Shown piece after piece: positions 54,291-62,808 of a stretch of 64,000 nt of DNA. Made by a program: the position numbers and the translations under genes. The notes beneath the pieces are model-generated. The model was given only the letters and a program-made list of their open reading frames with translations. It ran no database searches and was not told the origin of the DNA. The stretch spans positions 6,124 through 70,123 of the forward strand of contig DASTLQ010000011.1 of NCBI GenBank assembly GCA_035714785.1, read 5' to 3'. Source of the DNA: Minisyncoccota bacterium. GTDB taxonomy: Bacteria; Patescibacteriota; Minisyncoccia; Phycocordibacterales; UBA9973. Numbering within the stretch: the stretch's first letter is position 1; every line of letters starts with the position of its first letter.

Positions 54291-54719
54291 TCAGGATGTT
54301 TTTTGAAGTTCAATAGATTCATGCACTAGTATCATCAAGCCAGAAATGGCCAAGACGATATTTTTTATCACAAATTCTCCTGAAAGGGAAAGGACAGGGA
54401 AATATGGTGAAAACACTACATCCCATCCGAAGATAAAAGTAGTGAATGTTCCTAGTAGATGGAAAAAGACAATGAAATGAGTAAACAAGAGTGCTCTGTT
54501 TGATAAAAGCATGAGCCCGATTAAAACTTCAAAAATTCCAAGCCCTATTAATCCATACCCGTCTGCTAAAAATGGCATGATGGAATTATGGATGAGATCA
54601 AACACTGGATTGTATCCAAAGATTTTTAAAGCACCAAACCATACAAAGATGAGCGCAAGCGATATGCGAAGAATCGTTACTAATATTTTTTGATAATCAT
54701 TTGAAAATAATTTTTGCAT
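54291..54719 (-). CDS. DoxX-like family small membrane protein
   Basis: 142 aa, 4 predicted TM helices; no catalytic motif. Confidence 0.45.
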   Translation of the reverse strand: MQKLFSNDYQKILVTILRISLALIFVWFGALKIFGYNPVFDLIHNSIMPFLADGYGLIGLGIFEVLIGLMLLSNRALLFTHFIVFFHLLGTFTTFIFGWDVVFSPYFPVLSLSGEFVIKNIVLAISGLMILVHESIELQKTS

Positions 54720-54755
54720 TCTGAAATTATAACTTATTCATGATATTATAGAAAC

Positions 54756-55853
54756 ATGTTTTCATTTTTTACAATAATGCTGGGGATATTGCTGTTGGGT
54801 CACGCTGTCGCATATCTTGTTTTCGTGGCACTCTTTCGGGACTTTGCCAATCAGCATCTTTTTCCTATTCGCAGTATATTTATTCTCCTTGCCGTTTCTT
54901 TTGTCGGAGCAACATTTTTAGTGCGTGAGTATGACTCGATAATTACTCAGATTTTTTACACACTGGCTGCCAGCTGGGTCGGCTTTCTTTTATACATCGT
55001 GATTGCAGGCATTCTTTTCTTTTTGATTTGGCTAGTGTCACATTTTGCATTTCCGGGAGTGTCAATTGTGTGGATTGGGAAAATACTTTTAGCTATTGCG
55101 CTCTTGGTGGGGGTATATGGAGTTTACAATGCCAACACTATAAGGGTGACAGAATATACTATCTCGCTACCAGGATTGCCTGAGAGCTGGAAGGGAAGAA
55201 AGGCAGTCTTTGTATCGGATATGCATCTTGGACCAGTCCGGAGGGAAAAGTTTGCGGACAAAGTTGCGAGGAAAATAAATGAACTTAATCCTGATATCGT
55301 GTTTGATGCCGGAGACTTATACGACGGCGGAACAGGGAACGCTGCTAGAATGATTGAGCCACTTCGAGGAATAAATGCTCCACTTGGATATTATTTTGTC
55401 ACTGGAAATCATGAAGAGTATGGCGACACCAGTGTTTACAAAAATGCTATTTCCAATACAGGTATCGTGATTTTAGATGATCAAGCAGTAGAAGTTGAGG
55501 GAGTGAGAATCATCGGCGCTGAATATTCTACCACTCGGAATGCGCAAAGTTTACAATATGTCTTAGACAGAATTCCCGCCGAAAACGAGATGCCGACGAT
55601 TTTGATAAAACACGTGCCGTTTGATCTTGATGTGGCGGAAAGCAATGGAATAAATTTGCAACTCTCAGGACATACTCATCGAGCGCAGGTGTGGCCTATG
55701 ATGTATATCACTCGGGCAGTATATAAAGGATATGACTATGGATTAAAAAACCTCGGTGCCCTGCAGGTGCTGGTGACAGATGGTGTAGGTACTTGGGGGC
55801 CTCCACTTCGCGTCGGTACAAATTCCGAGCTCGTGCTGATTAGGTTTGAATAA
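54756..55853 (+). CDS. membrane-anchored metallophosphoesterase (calcineurin-like)
   Basis: N-terminal TM helices, then the phosphoesterase motifs VSDMHLG, GDLYDGG, GNHE and GHTH. Confidence 0.8.
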   Translation: MFSFFTIMLGILLLGHAVAYLVFVALFRDFANQHLFPIRSIFILLAVSFVGATFLVREYDSIITQIFYTLAASWVGFLLYIVIAGILFFLIWLVSHFAFPGVSIVWIGKILLAIALLVGVYGVYNANTIRVTEYTISLPGLPESWKGRKAVFVSDMHLGPVRREKFADKVARKINELNPDIVFDAGDLYDGGTGNAARMIEPLRGINAPLGYYFVTGNHEEYGDTSVYKNAISNTGIVILDDQAVEVEGVRIIGAEYSTTRNAQSLQYVLDRIPAENEMPTILIKHVPFDLDVAESNGINLQLSGHTHRAQVWPMMYITRAVYKGYDYGLKNLGALQVLVTDGVGTWGPPLRVGTNSELVLIRFE

Positions 55854-55934
55854 AAAAAATAGATAGAAGAGAGCTTTTTCGAAAAGTGGAAAAAGTCCAG
55901 AAATATGCTAAAGTAGGGAAGTATTTTTATATAC

Positions 55935-56026
55935 GGAGCCGTGTCAGAGTGGTCTAACGTACCTCTTTGCTAAAGAGGCAGGGGCTTTATAACCCCTCGC
56001 GAGTTCGAATCTCGCCGGCTCCGCCA
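55935..56026 (+). tRNA. tRNA-Ser (anticodon GCU), class II with long variable arm, CCA encoded
   Basis: Acceptor GGAGCCG/CGGCTCC, anticodon stem CCTCT/AGAGG with loop TTGCTAA, long variable arm GGGGCTTTATAACCCC, T-arm GCGAG-TTCGAAT-CTCGC, 3' GCCA. The D-arm pairing was not fully resolved by eye. Confidence 0.75.
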
Positions 56027-56197
56027 GATTGCCAACTTCGTGCCAGTTATCGTTATTAGAAAGATTTGATAAAAAGTGAAATACAGACATCTTATTCCCC
56101 AGAAGACCAAAAAATTTACCAAATATACTGCGAAAAATGCTATCAGCAGGAAGTTTATTAATTTGCTTCTTGGATTCTTTTAGCACCAGAGGATATT

Positions 56198-56701
56198 ATG
56201 AACTCATCCTTAGAACAAAAAACATTAGATGCTCTTGACTGGATTATAAAAATCTTAAACAGACTACAGATTGAATATCAAATTACTGGCGGTTTAGCGG
56301 GTAAAATTTTTGGATCAGAAAGAGAGTTGCATGATATTGATATAGACATATCAAAAAAAAATTTTAGTAAAATTATGCCTGAGATTTCCGATTTTATTAT
56401 ATTTGGCCCTGATCGTTATAGAGATGCAAAATGGGATTTGGAATTGATAACACTTGATTATCATGGGCAGGAGATAGATATTGGAGATTGTGACGATGCG
56501 TTAATTAGTAATAAAGAAAGAACAAAATGGATTTCATTTCCAGTTGATTTCTCTAAAGCCATTGATGTTGATTTAAATGGCAGGAAAATAAAAATAATCA
56601 ATCCGAGTGACTTTATAAATTACAAAAAGGAATTAGATGGTGCTCATCAAGTTGAAGATGTAAAAGCGGCAGAAAATTATTTAAAAAATTCCAAACAGTA
56701 A
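56198..56701 (+). CDS. nucleotidyltransferase of the Lnu(A)/ANT(2'') (PF10706-like) family
   Basis: ITGGLAGKIFGSERELHDIDIDI matches the Lnu(A)/LinA-type G[GS]x9-13DIDID polymerase-beta-fold motif (compare LnuA YWLDGGWGVDVLTGKQQREHRDIDIDFD). Size 167 aa, similar to LnuA (161 aa). Confidence 0.6.
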   Translation: MNSSLEQKTLDALDWIIKILNRLQIEYQITGGLAGKIFGSERELHDIDIDISKKNFSKIMPEISDFIIFGPDRYRDAKWDLELITLDYHGQEIDIGDCDDALISNKERTKWISFPVDFSKAIDVDLNGRKIKIINPSDFINYKKELDGAHQVEDVKAAENYLKNSKQ

Positions 56702-56722
56702 GTCTTCGTTTTTAATCCATTT

Positions 56723-57661
56723 CTATTTATCCCACCGAAACCCTCTCCCAAAATGTCCCCAAACAGAAGTTTCTGAAAATCTCATAGTACCAAGCTCCAG
56801 TAGTGCGCGGATGCCTTTTGGCGAAAGGTCGTATCCTTCAATCGGTATTTCTTTTCCATCCACTAGTGCCACTGCCATCACTGGCTCCGCTTTTCCGATG
56901 GCGTAGGCGAGTTTGGTTTCTACAGTTTTTGCGTTGTATTTTTTTAAATAATCCACCGCTATTTTTCGAGCCATGTAGGCACCTGAGCGATCTACTTTTG
57001 TGTAGTCTTTTCCTGAAAATGATCCACCTCCTACTGTTACCTCTGGTCCATAATTGTCGATGATTATTTTTCTACCCGAAAGTCCTGTATCTGCATCAAA
57101 GCCACCTATGCTCCAATCGCCCGAAGGATTGATCAGATATTCGGGAGCTTGGATTATTTTTTGAACTAAATCTAGGAGCGCATCATGGGGTGCGTTTTGA
57201 AAGCTCACCACTACGGTTTTCACTTCTCCGTTTTTGGTAGTGACTTGAGTCTTTCCATCATATGGATACACTTCATAAACTTTTTGACAAAGATTTCGAG
57301 CAAGCTCGTACTCAACAGGCATAAAATTTTCGGTTTCGTTTGTGGCGTATCCTTTCATGATTCCTTGGTCGCCGGCCCCTCCAGTGTCTACTCCGCGAGA
57401 AATTTCTGGACTTTGGAGAGCGATGTTTGAATTTATTTTATATTGGTCACCGACGATATTTTTTACGATGGCGTCGAGGAGGGGAGAGGCCTTGCTGGTG
57501 ACTTCTCCGTTGATGGTGATGAGGCCATGTCCACCCATCACTTCTATGGCTCCACGAGTTTCTTTGTCGTCGGCGAGGTAGGCGTCTAAAATAGCGTCTG
57601 CTATTTGGTCGCAGATTTTGTCAGGATGTCCTGGGCTCACAAATTCAGATGTTTTTATCAT
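56723..57661 (-). CDS. metK: S-adenosylmethionine synthetase (short form)
   Basis: SPGHPDKICDQIADAILDAY, GGGSFSGKDYTKVDRSGAY; 312 aa versus ~385 aa typical. Confidence 0.88.
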   Translation of the reverse strand: MIKTSEFVSPGHPDKICDQIADAILDAYLADDKETRGAIEVMGGHGLITINGEVTSKASPLLDAIVKNIVGDQYKINSNIALQSPEISRGVDTGGAGDQGIMKGYATNETENFMPVEYELARNLCQKVYEVYPYDGKTQVTTKNGEVKTVVVSFQNAPHDALLDLVQKIIQAPEYLINPSGDWSIGGFDADTGLSGRKIIIDNYGPEVTVGGGSFSGKDYTKVDRSGAYMARKIAVDYLKKYNAKTVETKLAYAIGKAEPVMAVALVDGKEIPIEGYDLSPKGIRALLELGTMRFSETSVWGHFGRGFRWDK

Positions 57662-57676
57662 AATTTTTATAGCACT

Positions 57677-57852
57677 AAAATAAAAAATTCCTCTGGTAAT
57701 GAGGAAAGATTTTTACGCTCTTTGCGTTCTTATCTTTCCTTTACGCCTTCGCGTAATGGTTGGATTTAGCACCTTGCTTCGGATTTCTCCATTTACAGGT
57801 TGCTGGGCGAGTCTATGAGCCAATTCTCTCGTCACCACTCTGGATAAATATT
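57677..57852 (-). promoter_or_regulatory. SAM-I (S-box) riboswitch with terminator expression platform, leader of metK
   Basis: Minus-strand RNA UAUUUAUCCAGAGUGGUGACGAGAGAAUUGGCUCAUAGACUCGCCCAGCAACC ... AGGUGCUAAAUCCAACC ... AAAGAUAAGAAC matches SAM-I conserved blocks (UUAUCaAGAG.GG.GGAGGGA, GCAACC, GGUGCyAAaUCC, P1 closing GAUAAG). Followed by hairpin UUCCUC-AUUACCA-GAGGAA + UUUUUUAUUUU ~15 nt before the metK ATG. Confidence 0.6.
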
Positions 57853-57909
57853 TGGTTGTGTTTTCAGTATACACTCAAAAAACCAAGACACAAGCAGGGT
57901 AAGAGTTTA

Positions 57910-57974
57910 GGTGTAAGGGGACCCCTTACCCTGTGGATAACATGCAAGGGGTCCCCTTACATGTTATCCACAGG
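57910..57974. repeat. family A composite 45-bp near-perfect palindrome (two inverted DnaA boxes around the core)
   Basis: GGTGTAAGGGGACCCCTTACC-CTGTGGATAACATGCAAGGGGTCCCCTTACATGTTATCCACAGG. Confidence 0.9.
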
Positions 57975-57976
57975 TT

Positions 57977-58588
57977 TCATTTATTCTTTTTGTATTTGTG
58001 GTTTAAAAAAGTGATGAGAGGGGGAAGAATTGATAGAAAGATAATAACTAAAACTATCGGCAAAAGATAATCGCTCGCATTCGGAATTATTTCTCCTAAA
58101 AAGTATCCAACGAGAGTGACTCCTATGCCCCAAATCATCCCACCGACAATATTGTAAGTGACAAAAATTTTGTAGGGCATATTGCCGGCTCCAGCTACGA
58201 TTGGAGCAAAAGTACGAACGATTGGAATGAAGCGGGCGATGATGATGGTTTCCTTGCCGTGCTTTTTGTAAAATTCTTCCGCATGAAATAGGTGTTTTTT
58301 CTGAAACCAGAATGAATCATCTTTATTGAAGATTCTAGGTCCGACTTTTCTTCCAAACCAATAGCCGACTTGGTCGCCAGCAATTGCCGCGATGAAGATT
58401 AAAAGTACAAGAGGAACAATTTCAAAATATCCACTTGATGCTAAAAGTCCTGCAGTGAAAAGTAGACTGTCGCCGGGTAGAAAAAAACCAAAAAAAAGTC
58501 CGGACTCCGCAAATACGATTAGAAATATTCCAATATAGCCGGCAGTCTTTGCAAAAGCCATCAAGTCGAAGTGAAAAAGTAATTCCAT
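57977..58588 (-). CDS. DedA family membrane protein
   Basis: GYIGIFLIVFAESGLFFGFFLPGDSLLFTAG DedA/SNARE-associated signature; 203 aa. Confidence 0.85.
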   Translation of the reverse strand: MELLFHFDLMAFAKTAGYIGIFLIVFAESGLFFGFFLPGDSLLFTAGLLASSGYFEIVPLVLLIFIAAIAGDQVGYWFGRKVGPRIFNKDDSFWFQKKHLFHAEEFYKKHGKETIIIARFIPIVRTFAPIVAGAGNMPYKIFVTYNIVGGMIWGIGVTLVGYFLGEIIPNASDYLLPIVLVIIFLSILPPLITFLNHKYKKNK

Positions 58589-58611
58589 CCCGCAATTATA
58601 TCATACGGGTT

Positions 58612-58645
58612 AGGTGTAAGGGGACCCCTTGCATGTTATCCACAG
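58612..58645. repeat. family A single unit (dedA/hypothetical divergent intergenic)
   Basis: GGTGTAAGGGGACCCCTTGCATGTTATCCACAG. Confidence 0.9.
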
Positions 58646-58676
58646 TTTTTTTATTTAGATAGAGTATAATTCTTAT

Positions 58677-59033
58677 ATGGTTGATCCCGAACTCATTTCG
58701 TACATAAGAAGCGCTATGTCAGAAGGACAGGCGAAAGAAAAAATCCTTGCAGATTTAGAGTCGCACGGGTGGGCAAAGGAAGAGATTGCTGAAGCATATA
58801 CTCGTATCGAGAATCCACTTGCTTTAGAAGTACCTGAAAGAGTTCCACACTTTAGAAAAGACCGTCCATTTCTATGGCTCAAAGTTTTAATTCCATTTCT
58901 TATTTTACTCGCGCTGATTTTTCTTGCAGTTCAATACTATTTTGAAGACGTAATGGTTTTTCTAGGTATTTCGCCTGAAGCGCTGGGGGAAATCATTGAC
59001 GAAAACCTTCAAATGCTCAAAAATTCTATCTAG
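58677..59033 (+). CDS. hypothetical protein with C-terminal TM helix
   Basis: 118 aa; no motif; stop codon abuts the palindromic repeat. Confidence 0.4.
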   Translation: MVDPELISYIRSAMSEGQAKEKILADLESHGWAKEEIAEAYTRIENPLALEVPERVPHFRKDRPFLWLKVLIPFLILLALIFLAVQYYFEDVMVFLGISPEALGEIIDENLQMLKNSI

Positions 59034-59055
59034 GTGTAAGGGGTCCCCTTACCCC
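59033..59055. repeat. family A core palindrome only (convergent intergenic, comF 3' end)
   Basis: GGTGTAAGGGGTCCCCTTACCCC. Confidence 0.8.
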
Positions 59056-59059
59056 AGAC

Positions 59060-59806
59060 CTAGTGGGCGAGGGTGAAGGCGATGGTGCGGAGGGCGCCGG
59101 CTTCTAATAGAGTCTTCCGAGCTTCTTCAAGTGTAGCTCCCGTAGTGGTGACGTCATCAATCAAAATTACATTTCGGCCAGCGACTGATCGACCAAGGAC
59201 CGAACGATGCGCTCTAAATGTTCCCACAATGTTTCGCAAACGGAAGGATTTGTTTCTCGCCCGAGCTTGGTGTTCGTTGTCTACGACTTTTTGCAGCATA
59301 CCTGTACCGTCCTCCAGATATTTTTCGCCAAACCTAGTCCTATGTTCGCCGCTAAAACTCCCGCTAAAACTCCCGCCAACTTTTTTACCCAACCTCCCAC
59401 GAAACCTCCCTCCACCCCCAACCTCGAGAATCCCTTTCACTAAAATTTCACACTGATTGTATCCCCGTTCGCGCAACCTTTTGCGAGATAGGGGAATGGG
59501 CACCAATACTGGATTAGAGAAATTTTCAAGCAAAATAAGGTCAGAAAGTTCTTCCATCACCATCCCATTTAACCGTCCAGCAAAAATTTCCCCTAAAACC
59601 TTCTCATTTTTATACTTAAAAGACCGAATAGCTCTTTGAAGCCATGGATGCCGGTAGTCGTACAGCGAAAATACCCATTCCTTTGAGGGGTATCCGGGCG
59701 GAGGAATCCTGGATAGGCAAGGGGGACACAGCCGGGGGCCTTCGCGACGGCAAACCTGACATTTACCCCCAAAAATCAAGATTAAGATTGTGTTTAGTGT
59801 TCTCAT
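59060..59806 (-). CDS. comF: ComF family protein (competence phosphoribosyltransferase-like)
   Basis: N-terminal Cys4 (CQVCRREGPRLCPPCL) and C-terminal PRTase motif VILIDDVTTTGATLEE. Carries a Gly/Ser/Arg-rich ~70 aa insertion. Confidence 0.8.
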   Translation of the reverse strand: MRTLNTILILIFGGKCQVCRREGPRLCPPCLSRIPPPGYPSKEWVFSLYDYRHPWLQRAIRSFKYKNEKVLGEIFAGRLNGMVMEELSDLILLENFSNPVLVPIPLSRKRLRERGYNQCEILVKGILEVGGGGRFRGRLGKKVGGSFSGSFSGEHRTRFGEKYLEDGTGMLQKVVDNEHQARARNKSFRLRNIVGTFRAHRSVLGRSVAGRNVILIDDVTTTGATLEEARKTLLEAGALRTIAFTLAH

Positions 59807-59827
59807 ATATGGTACAATATTAGCACA

Positions 59828-60955
59828 ATGGATGATTCCCTTAAAAATTTATTGTCGAAAATAAATATCTTTAACTCTGGCTCGACAGATCGGGCTATTG
59901 GAGTGGATATTGGTTCTTCGGCAATCAAAGTTGTAGAAATAAAAAAGAAGGGAGGGAAAGCTAGCCTTGAGACCTATGGTGCTATTTCTCTTGGACCATA
60001 TGCAGAAGGAGACATGGGACAGGTGACAAATCTTCCTGCTGACAAGATTGCACAGGCTCTGACAGAAGTTCTAAAACAATCTGAGACTTCTACAAATGCC
60101 GCCGCTATTTCTATTCCTGTTCAATCCAGTCTTATTTTTTCTGTTGCGCTTCCGAGCAATATTAAAGACAGTGACCTTGCTAATATCATTCCGACTGAAG
60201 CAAGAAAATATATCCCAGTTCCTATCACCGAAGTATCGCTTGATTATTTTTCTCTCCCCACAAAAGAACCATCTTACGAGGAAGCAAACAATCCCGAGCT
60301 TGCGACTAACCCAGTAGAAAAAAAAGAAGTACTAGTGGTGGCTATTCAAAATGAAGCAGTTTCAAAATATCGCGCGCTTGCTACTTCAGCAGGTTTACAG
60401 GCATCCTTTTTTGAATTAGAAATTTTTTCATCTATCCGTTCAAATTTCGAACACGAACTTTCACTTGTGCTTTTGATGGATTTTGGAGCTTCTCGCACCA
60501 AGCTTTCATTGGTGGAATTCGGAATGGTAAAGGCGCACCACACAATAAACCGTGGGGGAGCAGACATCACGGACTCTATCTCAAAGTCTTTTTCAATTCC
60601 TTTTGCTAAAGCGGAAGAAATGAAGAAAGAATTCGGACTATTTGAAAATCCTGCAGAGAAAGACTTGTCTGATATCATTCGCGTGCACTTGGATTACATT
60701 TTCTCTGAAACTACAAAAGTGCTTTCAAACTACGAAAAGAAATATAATCAAACAATTAGTAAAGTCATCCTCACGGGAGGGGGTACAATGCTAAAAGGTT
60801 TACCAGAAGTGGCTCTCGGAAACTTCCGAGCAGAGGTGGAGATAGGCCGTCCGTTTGCAAAAGTGACTGCGCCCGCATTTTTGGATAAAGTCTTGACCGC
60901 TACTGGTCCAGAATTCGCCGTAGCGCTTGGTTTGGCATTGCGTAAATTACAATAA
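59828..60955 (+). CDS. pilM: type IV pilus assembly protein PilM (actin-like ATPase)
   Basis: AIGVDIGSSAIKVVEIKKKGGK..; 375 aa; followed by pilN/pilO homologues. Confidence 0.85.
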   Translation: MDDSLKNLLSKINIFNSGSTDRAIGVDIGSSAIKVVEIKKKGGKASLETYGAISLGPYAEGDMGQVTNLPADKIAQALTEVLKQSETSTNAAAISIPVQSSLIFSVALPSNIKDSDLANIIPTEARKYIPVPITEVSLDYFSLPTKEPSYEEANNPELATNPVEKKEVLVVAIQNEAVSKYRALATSAGLQASFFELEIFSSIRSNFEHELSLVLLMDFGASRTKLSLVEFGMVKAHHTINRGGADITDSISKSFSIPFAKAEEMKKEFGLFENPAEKDLSDIIRVHLDYIFSETTKVLSNYEKKYNQTISKVILTGGGTMLKGLPEVALGNFRAEVEIGRPFAKVTAPAFLDKVLTATGPEFAVALGLALRKLQ

Positions 60956-60982
60956 ATGAGATAATAGTATTAGTAGTACAAA

Positions 60983-61609
60983 ATGGAAACAAATTTTCAA
61001 ACTTCATTTATTCCAAAGAAGCCGATGGTTCCAGAGCGAACAGTAAAGTCCAAGCCTGTTGGTCTTTTAACCGTACTTTCTCTCTTGATTTTTTTCACCG
61101 CACTCATCTCCACAGTGGCCTTGTACTTGTACAAAGAAACTCTAGAAAAAAATATAGTTCGAATGGAAAATGACCTCAATCTCGCGAAAGCACGCTTTGA
61201 GCCAGAAAAAATTTCCCAATTAGGGCTTTTAAATAAAAGGTTGGAAGCAGGACAAGCAGTACTTAGCAAACACATAGCCATTTCTCCAATCTTCACAGCA
61301 CTTTCCAATGTAACAATGAAAAGTGTTCGATATACTAAATTTTCATACGGAATTGAAGGAGAGAGAGACGTAAAAGTAGTAGTAAAGCTCGAAGGAGTGG
61401 CGAGCGATTATCGCTCGGTTGCTCTTCAATCTGATCTATTTAGCTCAAGTAAATATTTCAAAGAAACTGTTTTTTCAGAATTGTCGCTGGATGAAAAAGG
61501 AAAAGTGAAATTCAATCTGACATTTTCAGTAGACCCTGTGTTTGTGGATTATCAGAAATTGGTCGAAGGAACTAACCTACCAGAGGGAACACCTTCCCTC
61601 ACAAACTAA
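60983..61609 (+). CDS. pilN: type IV pilus assembly protein PilN
   Basis: N-terminal cytoplasmic stretch, one TM, coiled-coil periplasmic domain; position after pilM. Confidence 0.65.
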   Translation: METNFQTSFIPKKPMVPERTVKSKPVGLLTVLSLLIFFTALISTVALYLYKETLEKNIVRMENDLNLAKARFEPEKISQLGLLNKRLEAGQAVLSKHIAISPIFTALSNVTMKSVRYTKFSYGIEGERDVKVVVKLEGVASDYRSVALQSDLFSSSKYFKETVFSELSLDEKGKVKFNLTFSVDPVFVDYQKLVEGTNLPEGTPSLTN

Positions 61610-61610
61610 T

Positions 61611-62210
61611 ATGTTTAAACTTGCCATACCCGTCATACTAGTAGGAATTTCCGTCGCCCTCTTTTTAGGGTTTGCTAATCCGATGTATCAGGAAATAAAA
61701 GAAGCCAAAATTCTTTCTGCTTCATACAATGAAGCATTAGATAATTCTAAAAGTTTAGAAATGGAAAGAGACAAGCTCACAGCGAAATATAATACTATTG
61801 ATCCTGCAAACATCATGAAGCTCGAAAAGCTGATGCCAAACAACGTAGACAATATTCGCACGATTCTTGAGATTGAAAAGTTGGCCCTACCATACGGAAT
61901 GGTTTTGAAAGACGTGAAATATGACACAATAACGAAAGAAGAAACGGCAACAGGAACAGCTGGTAGCGAGACTGCTGAGGCTCGCCCAGGTTCAAGCCGA
62001 GATCCATACGGTACTTGGGACCTAGCTTTCTCTACGGAAGGCACCTATCCAAACTTTGTAAGTTTTCTGCAAGACCTGGAAAAAAATCTCCGTATAGTAG
62101 ATGTTTCTTCGATAGAATTTTCGGCCACAGATGCCGTAGGCATCAACCCAAATCTTCCGCAGGCTTATAAATATAGCTTTAAAATTAAGACATATTGGCT
62201 AAAGAATTAA
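61611..62210 (+). CDS. pilO: type IV pilus assembly protein PilO
   Basis: TM helix MFKLAIPVILVGISVALFLGF followed by coiled coil; position after pilN. The ORF track start 61542 is trimmed to ATG 61611, directly after the pilN stop. Confidence 0.6.
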   Translation: MFKLAIPVILVGISVALFLGFANPMYQEIKEAKILSASYNEALDNSKSLEMERDKLTAKYNTIDPANIMKLEKLMPNNVDNIRTILEIEKLALPYGMVLKDVKYDTITKEETATGTAGSETAEARPGSSRDPYGTWDLAFSTEGTYPNFVSFLQDLEKNLRIVDVSSIEFSATDAVGINPNLPQAYKYSFKIKTYWLKN

Positions 62211-62211
62211 C

Positions 62212-62802
62212 ATGAGTCCTATACTAAAAAACATTCTAATATTTGTAGCAGGCGGAGCAATATTGTTCTTTGTATACACATATTTTTCAAATAAGGCCCC
62301 ACTTGAAGGAGAGCTTGTTTCATCGAATCCTGCTTTTGCGGGAGATTCTACTGGCCAGATCACTCAGGAATTTCTTTCTCTTCTTCTTTCCGTTCGAGGT
62401 ATAAAGTTGGATGACTCGATTTTTTCTGACAAAGCCTTTGGCTCTTTGCGAGATTCTAGCGTGGTCTTGATTCCTGATGGTAATGAAGGACGACCAAATC
62501 CATTTGCACCAATTGGTATAGACATAGCACCTGTCGTCCCTCCTCCAGCTACAACACCAGCAACTACTACACCTCCCGCAACTACGACGTCTCCAGCAAC
62601 CACTCCTACTTTACCTCAAGGAACACCAGGTTCTGCTTCTTCTACCACTACTACTCTAACTACCCCTAAACCTACTACTCCAGCTTCTACTTCTACTCCT
62701 CCTTCACCCCCAGGGTCTTCTACAGTACCGGACGCTACTCCCGAAGAACTATCTGCTCTTGGAGACGAACTTGATGCATTAGCAGGAGGGCTAGATGAAT
62801 AA
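62212..62802 (+). CDS. hypothetical TM-anchored Thr/Pro-rich protein (possible PilP-like pilus assembly component)
   Basis: N-terminal TM, then a long (T/P/A/S)-rich low-complexity region and an acidic C-terminus; sits between pilO and pilB. Confidence 0.4.
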   Translation: MSPILKNILIFVAGGAILFFVYTYFSNKAPLEGELVSSNPAFAGDSTGQITQEFLSLLLSVRGIKLDDSIFSDKAFGSLRDSSVVLIPDGNEGRPNPFAPIGIDIAPVVPPPATTPATTTPPATTTSPATTPTLPQGTPGSASSTTTTLTTPKPTTPASTSTPPSPPGSSTVPDATPEELSALGDELDALAGGLDE

Positions 62803-62808
62803 AATAAT

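Noticed and set aside
55944-56186. ORF-track ORF (80 aa, -) over tRNA-Ser
   Set aside because: Antisense to a well-formed class II tRNA-Ser; it has no coding features.
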